Origin: Pseudomonadota bacterium
GTDB taxonomy: Bacteria; Pseudomonadota; Alphaproteobacteria; Rhizobiales; JANQQB01
Assembly: GCA_038745065.1 (NCBI GenBank)
Contig: JBCDLT010000024.1
Location: forward strand, 19,346-83,345
Length of the DNA stretch: 64,000 bases
Direction: 5' to 3'
Shown here: positions 42,307 to 51,227 of the stretch, in pieces
Numbering within the stretch: position 1 is the stretch's first letter
Layout: each line of letters begins with the position of its first letter
Program-made: the position numbers and the translations under genes
Notes under the pieces: model-generated
What the model saw: only the letters and a program-made list of their open reading frames with translations
Told to the model about the DNA's origin: nothing
Database searches by the model: none

Positions 42307-42636
42307 TCCGGCATGCGCAGAACCTTAAAGAGAGAGCGTCACTTGCCCCTCAATCCGTCATCTGACGCCTTGCCTGGCCGATCCAGACTAGACTGACGGG
42401 CACCACCATTGAGCCGCTGGATCGCCCGCTCAAGCCGTGCGATGACGGAAGCGGGAGTAGCCAAGCGGGCAATCCGGCACGCGCAGATCCTTGGAAAGTG
42501 AGAGCGTCACCCTCCCCCCAATCCGTCATCCGACGGCTTGACCGGCCGGTCCAGACTGCCTGGCACCACCGTTGAGAAATTGAATCGCCCGAACAAACGG
42601 TGTGGGGTGCTCAGCGAAGAGATCAATCCGGTACGC
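42307..42636. repeat. Tandem ~160-bp repeat containing decayed REP-like palindromes
   Basis: Units start TCCGGCAYGCGCAGA at 42307 and 42473 (partial third at 42627); share GAGAGCGTCAC, CAATCCGTCATC, TCCAGACT, GGCACCACC, ATCGCCCG. Confidence 0.8.
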
Positions 42637-42711
42637 CGCGCTCCGAAAAATCCGCTTGGCCTGGCCCAGGCGACACGATAAGAACACCGACGCCGTCTCG
42701 ACGAGCGACCT

Positions 42712-42798
42712 GCGGGTGTGGCGGAACTGGTAGACGCGCTGGATTCAAAATCCAGTTCTGGTGACAGAGTGTCGGTTCGAGTCCGACCACCCGTACCA
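42712..42798 (+). tRNA. tRNA-Leu (anticodon CAA)
   Basis: Acceptor GCGGGTG/CACCCGT, D-loop TGGTAGA, anticodon arm CTGGA-TTCAAAA-TCCAG, long variable arm, GTTCGAG T-loop, 3' CCA. Confidence 0.97.
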
Positions 42799-42872
42799 TC
42801 TTTTATCTCACGGCTGTTCCTCGCTTTGCTCGGGCCTCCGATGGGGCGCGCTGGCCGCGCGGCGCCCTTTGG

Positions 42873-42944
42873 GCTTGCGGACGCATTCGCGTCCGAGGGC
42901 GCGTGTGTGCTTGCCGGCGCTTTTGCGTCGGAGGAAGCGCGAGT
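42873..42944. repeat. Two imperfect 36-bp tandem repeats
   Basis: GCTTGCGGACGCATTCGCGTCCGAGGGCGCGTGTGT / GCTTGCCGGCGCTTTTGCGTCGGAGGAAGCGCGAGT. Confidence 0.6.
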
Positions 42945-42991
42945 GCTGGTCTTCCAGCCGCTCTTCTTTGTTACCTCCGGATTCGTTGGAT

Positions 42992-43726
42992 TCAGCTGTC
43001 TATGGAGAGCTGGACGCGGGCGGCGGCCATGCGCGAGCGGGAGACGTTGAAGGTCCGGCCTTCGAGATCCTCGTTGACGGATTCGATCACCAGGATCGGA
43101 TCACCGGCGGCGAGGTTTAGGAGGGCGCAGTCTTGTGGGCCGGCGATGTCGGCGGAGACCAGCGTCTGGATGCGGTGATAATCGTCCAGACCGTTTTCCC
43201 GTAAGGCCGCAGTGATCGATCCGGACCGGGTAAAAGCGTCGGCAAGCAACGGAAACCGCGCCGCCGGATACCAGTTGACGCCCGCGCCGATCGGGATGCC
43301 GTCCGCCAACCGCACGGTTTCCAGCCGGATCAGGTCGGTGCCCGGTGCCACGTCCAGTCGCGCCGCCAATGCGTCGTCGGCCGCTTCGATCGTGTGTGCG
43401 ATCAGCTGACCGCCCGGTTCGCGATCCTGGGACGAGACGATTTCGGAAAACCGCGTGCGCGCCGCAATCGGATAGCGGATGGGCTTCTGGGCCACGAAGG
43501 TGCCGCGCCCCTGATTCGCTTTCAGGATCCCGTCCTCGGCCAGCGCGGCCACCGCGCGCCGAACCGTATGGCGGTTGACGCCGAACCGGACGGCGAGGTC
43601 GGCCTCGCTGGGGAGACGTTCGTCCGTCTTCCAGATATCGAGCGATATCTCGGTCCGCAGGCGTTCCGCGATCTGGCGCCAGACCGCCACGCCACCGCCG
43701 CGTTCCAGGGTTTCCGACCGTGTCAT
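42992..43726 (-). CDS. phnF: GntR/HutC-family phosphonate regulator PhnF
   Basis: LPSEADLAVRFGVNRHTVRRA, QGRGTFV, UTRA domain; divergent from phnG. Confidence 0.95.
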   Translation of the reverse strand: MTRSETLERGGGVAVWRQIAERLRTEISLDIWKTDERLPSEADLAVRFGVNRHTVRRAVAALAEDGILKANQGRGTFVAQKPIRYPIAARTRFSEIVSSQDREPGGQLIAHTIEAADDALAARLDVAPGTDLIRLETVRLADGIPIGAGVNWYPAARFPLLADAFTRSGSITAALRENGLDDYHRIQTLVSADIAGPQDCALLNLAAGDPILVIESVNEDLEGRTFNVSRSRMAAARVQLSIDS

Positions 43727-43737
43727 GCGCCCGTCAT
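43720..43737 (+). promoter_or_regulatory. Pho box (PhoB site) for phnG operon
   Basis: GTGTCAT-GCGC-CCGTCAT, 11-bp period direct repeat resembling CTGTCAT-N4-CTGTCAT. Confidence 0.65.
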
Positions 43738-43768
43738 AGAACTTGGGCAGGTTCAAAGTCAATTATAT

Positions 43769-43792
43769 ATTTGTCTAAACAACTAGACAAAT
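43769..43792. promoter_or_regulatory. Palindromic operator, likely PhnF site
   Basis: ATTTGTCTA-AACAAC-TAGACAAAT, perfect 9-bp arms, between phnF and phnG. Confidence 0.75.
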
Positions 43793-43893
43793 TTACGATC
43801 CTTTGATAGACCTCGCCGGCACCGAGACAGCCAGCCGTCATGCGGTCGCCTTCAGCGACCAGTCGACAGGGCCAGAGCAGAGGATTTCAGGTG

Positions 43894-44370
43894 ATGACGC
43901 GCGACCCGGAGCCCAGCGCCGCCGACAAACTGATCACGGCCCGACGCCAGGCCATGTCCGCGTTCGCGCAGGCACAGCAGGACGAACTCTTGACCGGGAT
44001 TTCTGACACGCCCGGCTCCGGGAACTGGTCTTATGTGCGAAAGCCGGAAATCGGATTGATCATGACGCAAGGGCGCATCGGTGGATCCGGGGCTCCCTTC
44101 AATATCGGCGAAGTCACCGTGACGCGATGCGCCGTGGTGATCGCCAGCGGCGAGACCGGTCACGCGACGATCATGGGACGGGACCGCGAAAAGGCACGGT
44201 TGGCGGCCCTGGCCGATGCGCTTTGGCAAAATCCGGAAAGCCGGCCGGTGGTCGAGGCCCGTATCGTCAGCCCGATCGTCGCGCGGCTCGCTGCGGACGA
44301 TGCCCTTCTGCGGGCCGAGGCCGACGCCACGAAGGTCGACTTTTACACCATGGCACGCGGAGAGGATTGA
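43894..44370 (+). CDS. phnG: C-P lyase subunit PhnG
   Basis: RKPEIGLIMTQGRIGGSGAPFNIGEVTVTRC, ATKVDFYTMARGED. Confidence 0.96.
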   Translation: MTRDPEPSAADKLITARRQAMSAFAQAQQDELLTGISDTPGSGNWSYVRKPEIGLIMTQGRIGGSGAPFNIGEVTVTRCAVVIASGETGHATIMGRDREKARLAALADALWQNPESRPVVEARIVSPIVARLAADDALLRAEADATKVDFYTMARGED

Positions 44371-44372
44371 GC

Positions 44373-44978
44373 ATGCTGGATCGGGTGCCGCTTTCGCCCG
44401 GATTTCAGGATCCGGTTTTCGATTCCCAGGCGACGTTTCGCTCCGTCATGTCCGCCATGGCGCGGCCCGGACACATCGAGCCTGTCGCGCCGCTGCTGCG
44501 TCCGCCAGGACCGCTCAATCCGGCGGCAGCGGCGCTGCTTCTGACGCTTGCCGATTTTGAAACGCCTGTCTGGGTCGATGAGGGCATAAGATGCAGCGAA
44601 ACGGCCCTGCAGTGGATCCGGTTCCATACCGGAGCCCGGGTGACCAAGGAAATGGCGGAATCCCGGTTTGCCATTCTCTCCGACAGCAGCAAACCGGTGC
44701 CGCTGCAGCAATTCTTTGCCGGTCGGCAGGACTACCCGGACGAATCGACGACTGTGATCCTGCAGGTTGCCGCGATCGAGACCGATACCGGGCCGGTTCT
44801 GACCGGGCCCGGGATCGAAACATCGTTGCGCCTGAACCCGAAGCCGCTTTCAGCGACGTTCTGGGTAATGGCGGTGGAAAATGCCGGCCTCTTTCCGCGC
44901 GGTCTCGATTTTTTGTTTGCCGCAAAAAATGCGGTCGCTGCCCTACCGCGCTCCACCCAGATCGAACTTGAAGGTTAG
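44373..44978 (+). CDS. phnH: C-P lyase subunit PhnH
   Basis: GFQDPVFDSQATFRSVMSAMARPG, LTLADFETP, FPRGLD, ALPRST. Confidence 0.95.
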   Translation: MLDRVPLSPGFQDPVFDSQATFRSVMSAMARPGHIEPVAPLLRPPGPLNPAAAALLLTLADFETPVWVDEGIRCSETALQWIRFHTGARVTKEMAESRFAILSDSSKPVPLQQFFAGRQDYPDESTTVILQVAAIETDTGPVLTGPGIETSLRLNPKPLSATFWVMAVENAGLFPRGLDFLFAAKNAVAALPRSTQIELEG

Positions 44979-44980
44979 CC

Positions 44981-46090
44981 ATGTACGTTGCCGTGAAAGG
45001 CGGAGAAAAGGCGATCCGCAATGCGCATCGATTGCTTGCCGACCGGCGCCGCGGCGACCGGTCTGTCCCGGCGCTCGAGCTTACGCAGATCGTCGAACAA
45101 TTGACGCTGTCCGTCGACAGGGTGATGAGCGAAGGGTCGCTGTACGATCGGGATCTTGCAGCGCTTGCCATCAAGCAGGCGCGGGGCGACCTGATTGAGG
45201 CGATCTTCCTGGTGCGTGCCTTTCGCACCACCTTGCCGCGTTTCGGCGTCAGCGAACCGGTCGATACCGCTAGCATGCAGGTCGAACGTCGGATCTCGGC
45301 GACCTACAAGGACCTGCCAGGCGGCCAATTGCTCGGCCCCACATTCGATTATACCCATCGCCTGCTGGATTTCACGCTGGCCGCGGCCGGTGAGGTCTCG
45401 CCGCCGGAAACCCGCGAGGCGACGAATGCACCGATGCCGCGCGTCACGGATCTTCTGGACGACGAGGGCCTGCTGGAACCCGACACGCCCACTGATGAGA
45501 CCAGGCCGGTCCCCGACCTGACACGTGAACCGTTGGACTTTCCCGCCGACCGGGCGCTGCGGCTTCAGAATCTGGCGCGCGGCGACGAAGGGTTCTTGCT
45601 CGCACTCGGCTATTCCACCCAGCGCGGATATGGGCGAACCCACCCCTTTGTCGGCGAGATCCGTCTCGGAACCGTCGACGTCGAATTCGTTGCCGAGGAT
45701 CTCGGGTTCCCGGTCACGATCGGACGCATGACCGTCACCGAATGCCAGATGATCACGCAGTTCAAGGGGTCGGCGAAAGAACCACCGCAATTCAGCCGCG
45801 GCTACGGCATCGCCTTCGGCCACCAGGAACGCAAGGCCATGGCGATGGCTCTGGTCGATAGGGCGCTACGCTGCGAGGAATTCGGCGAAGAACGGAACGC
45901 GCCTGCCCAGGACGAAGAATTCGTGCTGTCGCATTCCGACAATGTGCAGGCGACAGGCTTCGTGGAGCACCTCAAACTGCCCCATTACGTGGACTTCCAG
46001 GCTGAACTGGATCTCGTGCGTACCATGCGGCGCGAAATTGCCGAACGCGAAAAAGCAACGACTGCCCCATCCGCCGAGGCAGCCGAGTAG
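44981..46090 (+). CDS. phnI: C-P lyase subunit PhnI
   Basis: MYVAVKGGEKAI, GGQLLGPTFDYTHRLLD, HLKLPHYVDFQ. Confidence 0.97.
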   Translation: MYVAVKGGEKAIRNAHRLLADRRRGDRSVPALELTQIVEQLTLSVDRVMSEGSLYDRDLAALAIKQARGDLIEAIFLVRAFRTTLPRFGVSEPVDTASMQVERRISATYKDLPGGQLLGPTFDYTHRLLDFTLAAAGEVSPPETREATNAPMPRVTDLLDDEGLLEPDTPTDETRPVPDLTREPLDFPADRALRLQNLARGDEGFLLALGYSTQRGYGRTHPFVGEIRLGTVDVEFVAEDLGFPVTIGRMTVTECQMITQFKGSAKEPPQFSRGYGIAFGHQERKAMAMALVDRALRCEEFGEERNAPAQDEEFVLSHSDNVQATGFVEHLKLPHYVDFQAELDLVRTMRREIAEREKATTAPSAEAAE

Positions 46091-46099
46091 GAGCCCGCC

Positions 46100-47050
46100 A
46101 TGCAGGTCGAAACCGATTCCACGCCGCGCGAAGCCGTCCCGGACGGCCAGGGCGACGCGATGCCGGACTGGGAATACAATTTCGCCTATCTGGACGAACA
46201 GACAAAACGCATGATCCGTCGTGCGATCCTGAAGGCGATCGCCGTGCCCGGCTACCAGGTACCGTTTGCCAGCCGGGAAATGCCGATGCCCTATGGGTGG
46301 GGAACCGGCGGGGTTCAGGTCACCGCCGCCGTCATCGGCCCGGAGGATGTTCTGAAGGTCATCGACCAGGGATCGGATGACACCACGAATGCCGTTGCCA
46401 TTCGCGGTTTCTTCGCGCGCACGGCGAAAGTCGCAACCACGTCTGAGACGGGTGCGGCAACGATCATCCAGACCCGTCACCGGATCCCGGAACAGGATCT
46501 GACCGACGATCAGATCATCGTCTTCCAGGTGCCGATCCCCGAACCGCTGCGCTTTCTGGAACCGCGCGAGACCGAGACCCGAAAGATGCATGCGCTGGAG
46601 GAATACGGTCTCATGCACGTGAAACTGTACGAAGACATTTCGCGGCACGGCCACATCTCTACCGCCTATGCTTATCCGGTCATGGTCGCGGACCGGTATG
46701 TCATGGACCCGTCCCCCACTCCGAAATTCGACAATCCGAAGCTCGATCAGTGCCGCGCCCTGCAATTGTACGGCGCCGGTCGCGAAAAGCGGATCTACGC
46801 CATTCCGCCGCACACCAAGGTCAAGAGCCTCGATTTCGAGGACCACCCCTTTCAGCCCCAGACCTTCGATACACCCTGCGCGTTGTGCGGGGCGGAAGGC
46901 GTGTATCTCGACGAAGTGGTGCTCGACGATCAGGGCGGACGCATGTTTGTGTGTTCCGACAGCCATTTCTGCCAGAAACGGCGGGAAGCCGGCCATGTCG
47001 GCGCCATGCTGGCGACCAGTCCTGATGCGATCAGCGGAGCCGACACATGA
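46100..47050 (+). CDS. phnJ: Radical-SAM C-P lyase PhnJ
   Basis: YNFAYLDEQTKRMIRR, MPYGWGTGG, CALC...FVCSDSHFC cysteine cluster. Confidence 0.98.
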   Translation: MQVETDSTPREAVPDGQGDAMPDWEYNFAYLDEQTKRMIRRAILKAIAVPGYQVPFASREMPMPYGWGTGGVQVTAAVIGPEDVLKVIDQGSDDTTNAVAIRGFFARTAKVATTSETGAATIIQTRHRIPEQDLTDDQIIVFQVPIPEPLRFLEPRETETRKMHALEEYGLMHVKLYEDISRHGHISTAYAYPVMVADRYVMDPSPTPKFDNPKLDQCRALQLYGAGREKRIYAIPPHTKVKSLDFEDHPFQPQTFDTPCALCGAEGVYLDEVVLDDQGGRMFVCSDSHFCQKRREAGHVGAMLATSPDAISGADT

Positions 47051-47838
47051 CACGGACCGACGCGCATCCGCAGCCGATCCTCAGGGCCAGCGGCGTCACG
47101 AAATTCTACGGCAATCAAATCGGCTGCCGGGACGTGTCCTTCGAACTCTGGCCGGGCGAAGTGCTGGCCATTGTCGGCGAATCCGGCTCCGGCAAGACAA
47201 CATTGCTCAATTGCCTTTCGACCGAACTCATCCCGACATCCGGCGTCGTCGAATACAGGATGCGGGATGGCCATATGCGGGATCTGTTCCGCCTGGCGGA
47301 AGCCGAACGGCGGTTCCTGTTGCGAACCGATTGGGGCTTCGTGCACCAGAACCCGGCCGACGGACTGCGCATGGCGGTCTCTGCAGGGGCTAATGTCGGG
47401 GAACGCCTGATGGCGGTCGGCGCCCGGAACTATGGCGTGATCCGACGCGATGCCACGGACTGGCTTGGCCGCGTCGAAATCGCCGAAGAACGGATCGACG
47501 ATTCGCCCCGAACCTTTTCCGGAGGCATGCGTCAGCGCCTGCAGATCGCCCGCAACCTCGTCACCCATCCGCGCCTCGTCTTCATGGACGAACCGACCGG
47601 CGGTCTGGACGTTTCCGTTCAGGCCCGTCTGCTCGACCTGCTTCGCAGCCTGGTCGCTGACATGGACCTTTCGGTCGTCCTGGTCACGCACGACCTCGCG
47701 GTCGCGCGGCTTCTGTCACACCGGATGATCGTCATGAAAGACGGTGAGGTGGTGGAAACCGGTCTGACGGACCAGGTGCTTGATGATCCGCAAGCGCCCT
47801 ATACGCAATTGCTGGTTTCGGCGATTTTGCAGGTGTAG
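47047..47838 (+). CDS. phnK: C-P lyase ABC-type ATPase PhnK
   Basis: GESGSGKT, RTDWGFVHQNP, FSGGMRQRLQIA. Confidence 0.96.
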   Translation: MTRTDAHPQPILRASGVTKFYGNQIGCRDVSFELWPGEVLAIVGESGSGKTTLLNCLSTELIPTSGVVEYRMRDGHMRDLFRLAEAERRFLLRTDWGFVHQNPADGLRMAVSAGANVGERLMAVGARNYGVIRRDATDWLGRVEIAEERIDDSPRTFSGGMRQRLQIARNLVTHPRLVFMDEPTGGLDVSVQARLLDLLRSLVADMDLSVVLVTHDLAVARLLSHRMIVMKDGEVVETGLTDQVLDDPQAPYTQLLVSAILQV

Positions 47839-47844
47839 AAGATC

Positions 47845-48552
47845 ATGGACACAAGACTGCTGCTCTCCGACGTCGCAAAATCGTTCACCATGCATCTGCA
47901 GGACGGGCTGGTCCTGCCGGTCGTGCGCAAAGTGGATTTTTCCGTGAGCGCCGGCGAGTGCGCCGTGCTCGGCGGACCCTCCGGTATCGGTAAAAGCTCG
48001 ATCCTGAAAATGGTGTTCGGCAATTATCGGTGCAGCGCCGGACGAATTCTGGTGACCGACGGCGAATCGCTGATCGACCTGGCGGAAGCGGAGCCGCGCG
48101 TCGTGCTCGACATGCGCAGACGGGTCATCGGTTATGTGAGCCAGTTCCTGCGGGTCATTCCGCGTGTGCCGGCGATCGACATCGTGGCCGAACCGCTGCT
48201 CGAGCGCGGCGTCGATCAGGAGAAAGCATTGGAAACCGCGCGCGATCTGCTCGCCCGGTTGAACGTCCCCGAACGCCTCTGGGACCTGCCGCCCGCCACC
48301 TTTTCCGGCGGCGAACAACAACGGGTCAATATTGCCCGCGGCTTCATTGCCGATTATCCGATCCTGCTCCTCGACGAGCCGACGGCCTCTCTCGATGCCG
48401 CCAACCGGTCGGTCGTGATCGAGCTCATTCGACAGAAAAAGGCGGCGGGCACCGCCATGCTTGGCATTTTCCACGACCCCGACGTGCGCGATGCGGTGGC
48501 CGATCGCATCATCGATGTTTCCGGGTTCTCGGCGCTGGATGCGGTCGCATGA
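47845..48552 (+). CDS. phnL: C-P lyase ABC-type ATPase PhnL
   Basis: KSFTMHLQ, GYVSQFLRVIPRV, PATFSGGEQQRVNIARGF. Confidence 0.96.
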   Translation: MDTRLLLSDVAKSFTMHLQDGLVLPVVRKVDFSVSAGECAVLGGPSGIGKSSILKMVFGNYRCSAGRILVTDGESLIDLAEAEPRVVLDMRRRVIGYVSQFLRVIPRVPAIDIVAEPLLERGVDQEKALETARDLLARLNVPERLWDLPPATFSGGEQQRVNIARGFIADYPILLLDEPTASLDAANRSVVIELIRQKKAAGTAMLGIFHDPDVRDAVADRIIDVSGFSALDAVA

Positions 48553-48656
48553 TCGCAACGTTGACGTCACACAGGTGTCAGGGGCAGCGGTTTACTACCG
48601 GGCCCGTTCGCGTATTGCTTCGCCGCGCAGATACCGTTTCGGACTGAAGGCTGACC

Positions 48657-49394
48657 ATGCGTTATGCGCTCTACTACACACCGGGTCCTGATGACGCGCT
48701 GAGCCGGGCGGCCGCGCAATGGCTCGGCCGGGATCCGCATAAAGGTGTCTCCCTCGATCAGCCGCATCTGAGCTGGCTTGCGGAAGAAGCGTTGCTTACG
48801 CTGACGGAGGATCCGCGACGTTACGGCTTTCATGCCACATTAAAAGCGCCGTTTTCGCTGCGCGAAGACCGACATCTCGATGAGCTGGTCCAGCACCTCG
48901 CCCGATTCGCCGAACAACGGGCGCCGGTGATATTGCCTTCCGGTCTGAAGGTATCGCAGCTCGGGCCGTTTTTTGCGCTTGTTCCGCAGGGAAATGCCGA
49001 CGGCCTCGACGATTTTGCGTCGGCCTGTGTCCGCACCTTCGAACCCTATCGCGCGCCGCTCTCGGCGGCCGATTTGCAGCGGCGCCGAAAGTCGCAACTG
49101 ACCGAGGCCCAGAGCGCCTATCTCGAGGCGTGGGGATATCCTTACGTGTTCGACGCTTTTCGCTATCATATGACGCTGACGGGACCGGTGCCGGACGGCC
49201 TGCAGGATCCGATGCGGCAAGAACTGACGGCACGGTTTTCGGAAGAAGCCGCTGCGCATCGCGTGATCGAGTCGATTGCGCTTTTCGAACAGCCGGCCCG
49301 TGACCGGCCGTTTTGTGTCAAACACATCTTTATGCTGAAGGGTCAGGCAAAGCCTGCCCCCGCTTCTGCCGCTTCTGAAGGGATCGCATCATGA
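48657..49394 (+). CDS. DUF1045 2H-phosphoesterase-like protein
   Basis: MRYALYYTP, PRRYGFHATLKAPF, WGYPYV, FRYHMTLTG (two HxT motifs). Confidence 0.9.
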   Translation: MRYALYYTPGPDDALSRAAAQWLGRDPHKGVSLDQPHLSWLAEEALLTLTEDPRRYGFHATLKAPFSLREDRHLDELVQHLARFAEQRAPVILPSGLKVSQLGPFFALVPQGNADGLDDFASACVRTFEPYRAPLSAADLQRRRKSQLTEAQSAYLEAWGYPYVFDAFRYHMTLTGPVPDGLQDPMRQELTARFSEEAAAHRVIESIALFEQPARDRPFCVKHIFMLKGQAKPAPASAASEGIAS

Positions 49395-50533
49395 CGACAG
49401 AAAAGTTTCAGGACGTCCGCATGGTGCTGGAAGACCGCGTCGTGACCGGTACGCTGTCGATCGAGGACGACACGATCGTTGCGGTCGATATTGTCGACGA
49501 CATTACTGACGCGGCCCTGGAAGGCGATTACCTGCTGCCGGGTCTGGTGGAATTGCACACCGATCATCTGGAGGGCCATTATGCGCCGCGACCGGGGGTG
49601 CGGTGGAACGCGGTTGCATCGATCCAGGCCCATGATGCGCAGGTGGCCGGATCGGGCATCACGACTGTCTTCGACGCCCTTCGGGTCGGCATGGACGAGG
49701 ACGCCCGCATCACAGCGACGGACATGCGGGTTCTTGCCGATGCGATCGTCGAAGCCCGTGAGGCCGATCGGCTACGGGCCGATCATTTCATCCACTTGCG
49801 GTGTGAAGTGTCGTCGGAGGACGTCGTCAACGGGTTCGCGCTGTTTCGCGACGAACCGCTGCTGCGCATCGCCTCGCTGATGGACCATACGCCCGGGCAA
49901 CGGCAATTCGTCTCGCTCGACAAGTACAAGGAATATTATCAGGGCAAGACCGGCATGAGCGATGCCGAATTCAACACCTTTGTCGCGCACCGGACCGGGC
50001 TTGCGGACAAGTATTCACCGCAGAACCGGCAAAAGATCGCCGAGGAATGTCGCCGCAAGGGTGTGATCCTGGCCAGCCACGACGATGCAACGACAGACCA
50101 CGTGGACGAAGCACTGGAGCACGACGTCCAGATCGCCGAGTTTCCGACGACTCTGGAAGCTGCCCGGGCTTCTCACGACGCCGGCCTGAAGGTTCTGATG
50201 GGCGCTCCCAATCTGGTGCGCGGGGGATCGCATTCCGGCAATGTGTCGGCTCAGGCCCTGGCGGAAAACGGCGTGCTCGATGTGCTGTCGTCCGATTACA
50301 TCCCGTTCAGCCTGCTGCACGCAGCCTTTTTGCTGACCGAACGCGTGGATACGATAAGGCTGCCGGACGCTGTCAACATGGTCAGCAAGACACCCGCCGA
50401 AGCCGCGGGTCTCGATGATCGCGGCATCCTTGAGGCCGGCAAGCGGGCCGATTTCCTTCAGGCCACCTATGATCCGGTCTCCGGCGTGCCGGTGGTGCGG
50501 GGTGTCTGGCGCGAGGGCCGGCGCGTTGCCTGA
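49391..50533 (+). CDS. phnM: Ribose 1-methylphosphonate 5-triphosphate diphosphatase PhnM
   Basis: PGLVELHTDHLE, HLRCE, MDHTPGQRQF, ASHDD, MGAPNLVRGGSHSGN, LSSDY. Confidence 0.97.
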   Translation: MTTEKFQDVRMVLEDRVVTGTLSIEDDTIVAVDIVDDITDAALEGDYLLPGLVELHTDHLEGHYAPRPGVRWNAVASIQAHDAQVAGSGITTVFDALRVGMDEDARITATDMRVLADAIVEAREADRLRADHFIHLRCEVSSEDVVNGFALFRDEPLLRIASLMDHTPGQRQFVSLDKYKEYYQGKTGMSDAEFNTFVAHRTGLADKYSPQNRQKIAEECRRKGVILASHDDATTDHVDEALEHDVQIAEFPTTLEAARASHDAGLKVLMGAPNLVRGGSHSGNVSAQALAENGVLDVLSSDYIPFSLLHAAFLLTERVDTIRLPDAVNMVSKTPAEAAGLDDRGILEAGKRADFLQATYDPVSGVPVVRGVWREGRRVA

Positions 50534-51161
50534 TACGGTCCTCAATCGAACGGACCCCGTGAGCGGGAAGGATCGGCTCGGTCCCGGCGTCTTTGTCGCG
50601 GTGGTGGGTCCGTCCGGTGCCGGCAAGGACACACTATTGAAGCTGGCGAGGGACAGACTGGCAGCCCGGGCCGATATTCATTTTCCGCGTCGGATCATCA
50701 CCCGCGAGGCGGACCGGACGCTCGAAGATCATGACACGATCAGCATGGTGGAGTTCGAACGCCTGCGCGCCGACCACGCATGCGCCCTGGCGTGGCATGC
50801 TCACGGGCTCGGTTACGGTGTGCCCGGCTCGGCGGACGACGCCATCCGGGCGGGCGCGGTCGTTCTGTGCAACGTATCGCGCGGCGTGATTGCCGCTGCG
50901 CTTGAGAAATATGAAACGACCTGTGTCGTGCATGTGACCGCGCCGGTCGCCGTGCTGGCCGAACGCCTGGCAAAGAGGGGGCGGGAAACGCGGGAAGATG
51001 TTCGGCGGCGCCTGGAGCGCGCCGCCTACGAGCTGCCGGACGGCGTCGAATCGGTGGTGATCGAAAATGTCGGCGCACCGGAGACCGGGGCAAAGCGCCT
51101 GGCCGACCTTGCCCTCAAACATGCGGCGAAAGGCTCTGCCGCACGATCTGACAGGTCTTAG
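50526..51161 (+). CDS. phnN: Ribose 1,5-bisphosphokinase PhnN
   Basis: VVGPSGAGKDTL, RRIITR, WHAHGLGYG, NVSR; start uncertain (TTG 50526 or GTG 50559). Confidence 0.93.
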   Translation: MPDTVLNRTDPVSGKDRLGPGVFVAVVGPSGAGKDTLLKLARDRLAARADIHFPRRIITREADRTLEDHDTISMVEFERLRADHACALAWHAHGLGYGVPGSADDAIRAGAVVLCNVSRGVIAAALEKYETTCVVHVTAPVAVLAERLAKRGRETREDVRRRLERAAYELPDGVESVVIENVGAPETGAKRLADLALKHAAKGSAARSDRS

Positions 51162-51227
51162 TTTCGCTGCCTGTTTCAGATAGACTTCACAACCGATTCG
51201 CCTGTCGATCGACCTGTGGAGCCGGAA

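Noticed and set aside
42718-42840. 5' part of ORF 42718..43050 (MAELVDALDSKSS...)
   Set aside because: It is the translation of the tRNA-Leu gene
42307-42944. Repeats as a CRISPR array
   Set aside because: Only two diverged units per repeat type, no constant repeat with unique spacers, no cas genes
42712-51161. phn cluster as a genomic island integrated at tRNA-Leu(CAA)
   Set aside because: No integrase, no duplicated tRNA 3' end seen after phnN or elsewhere in the window, and composition looks like the flanks; old acquisition cannot be excluded
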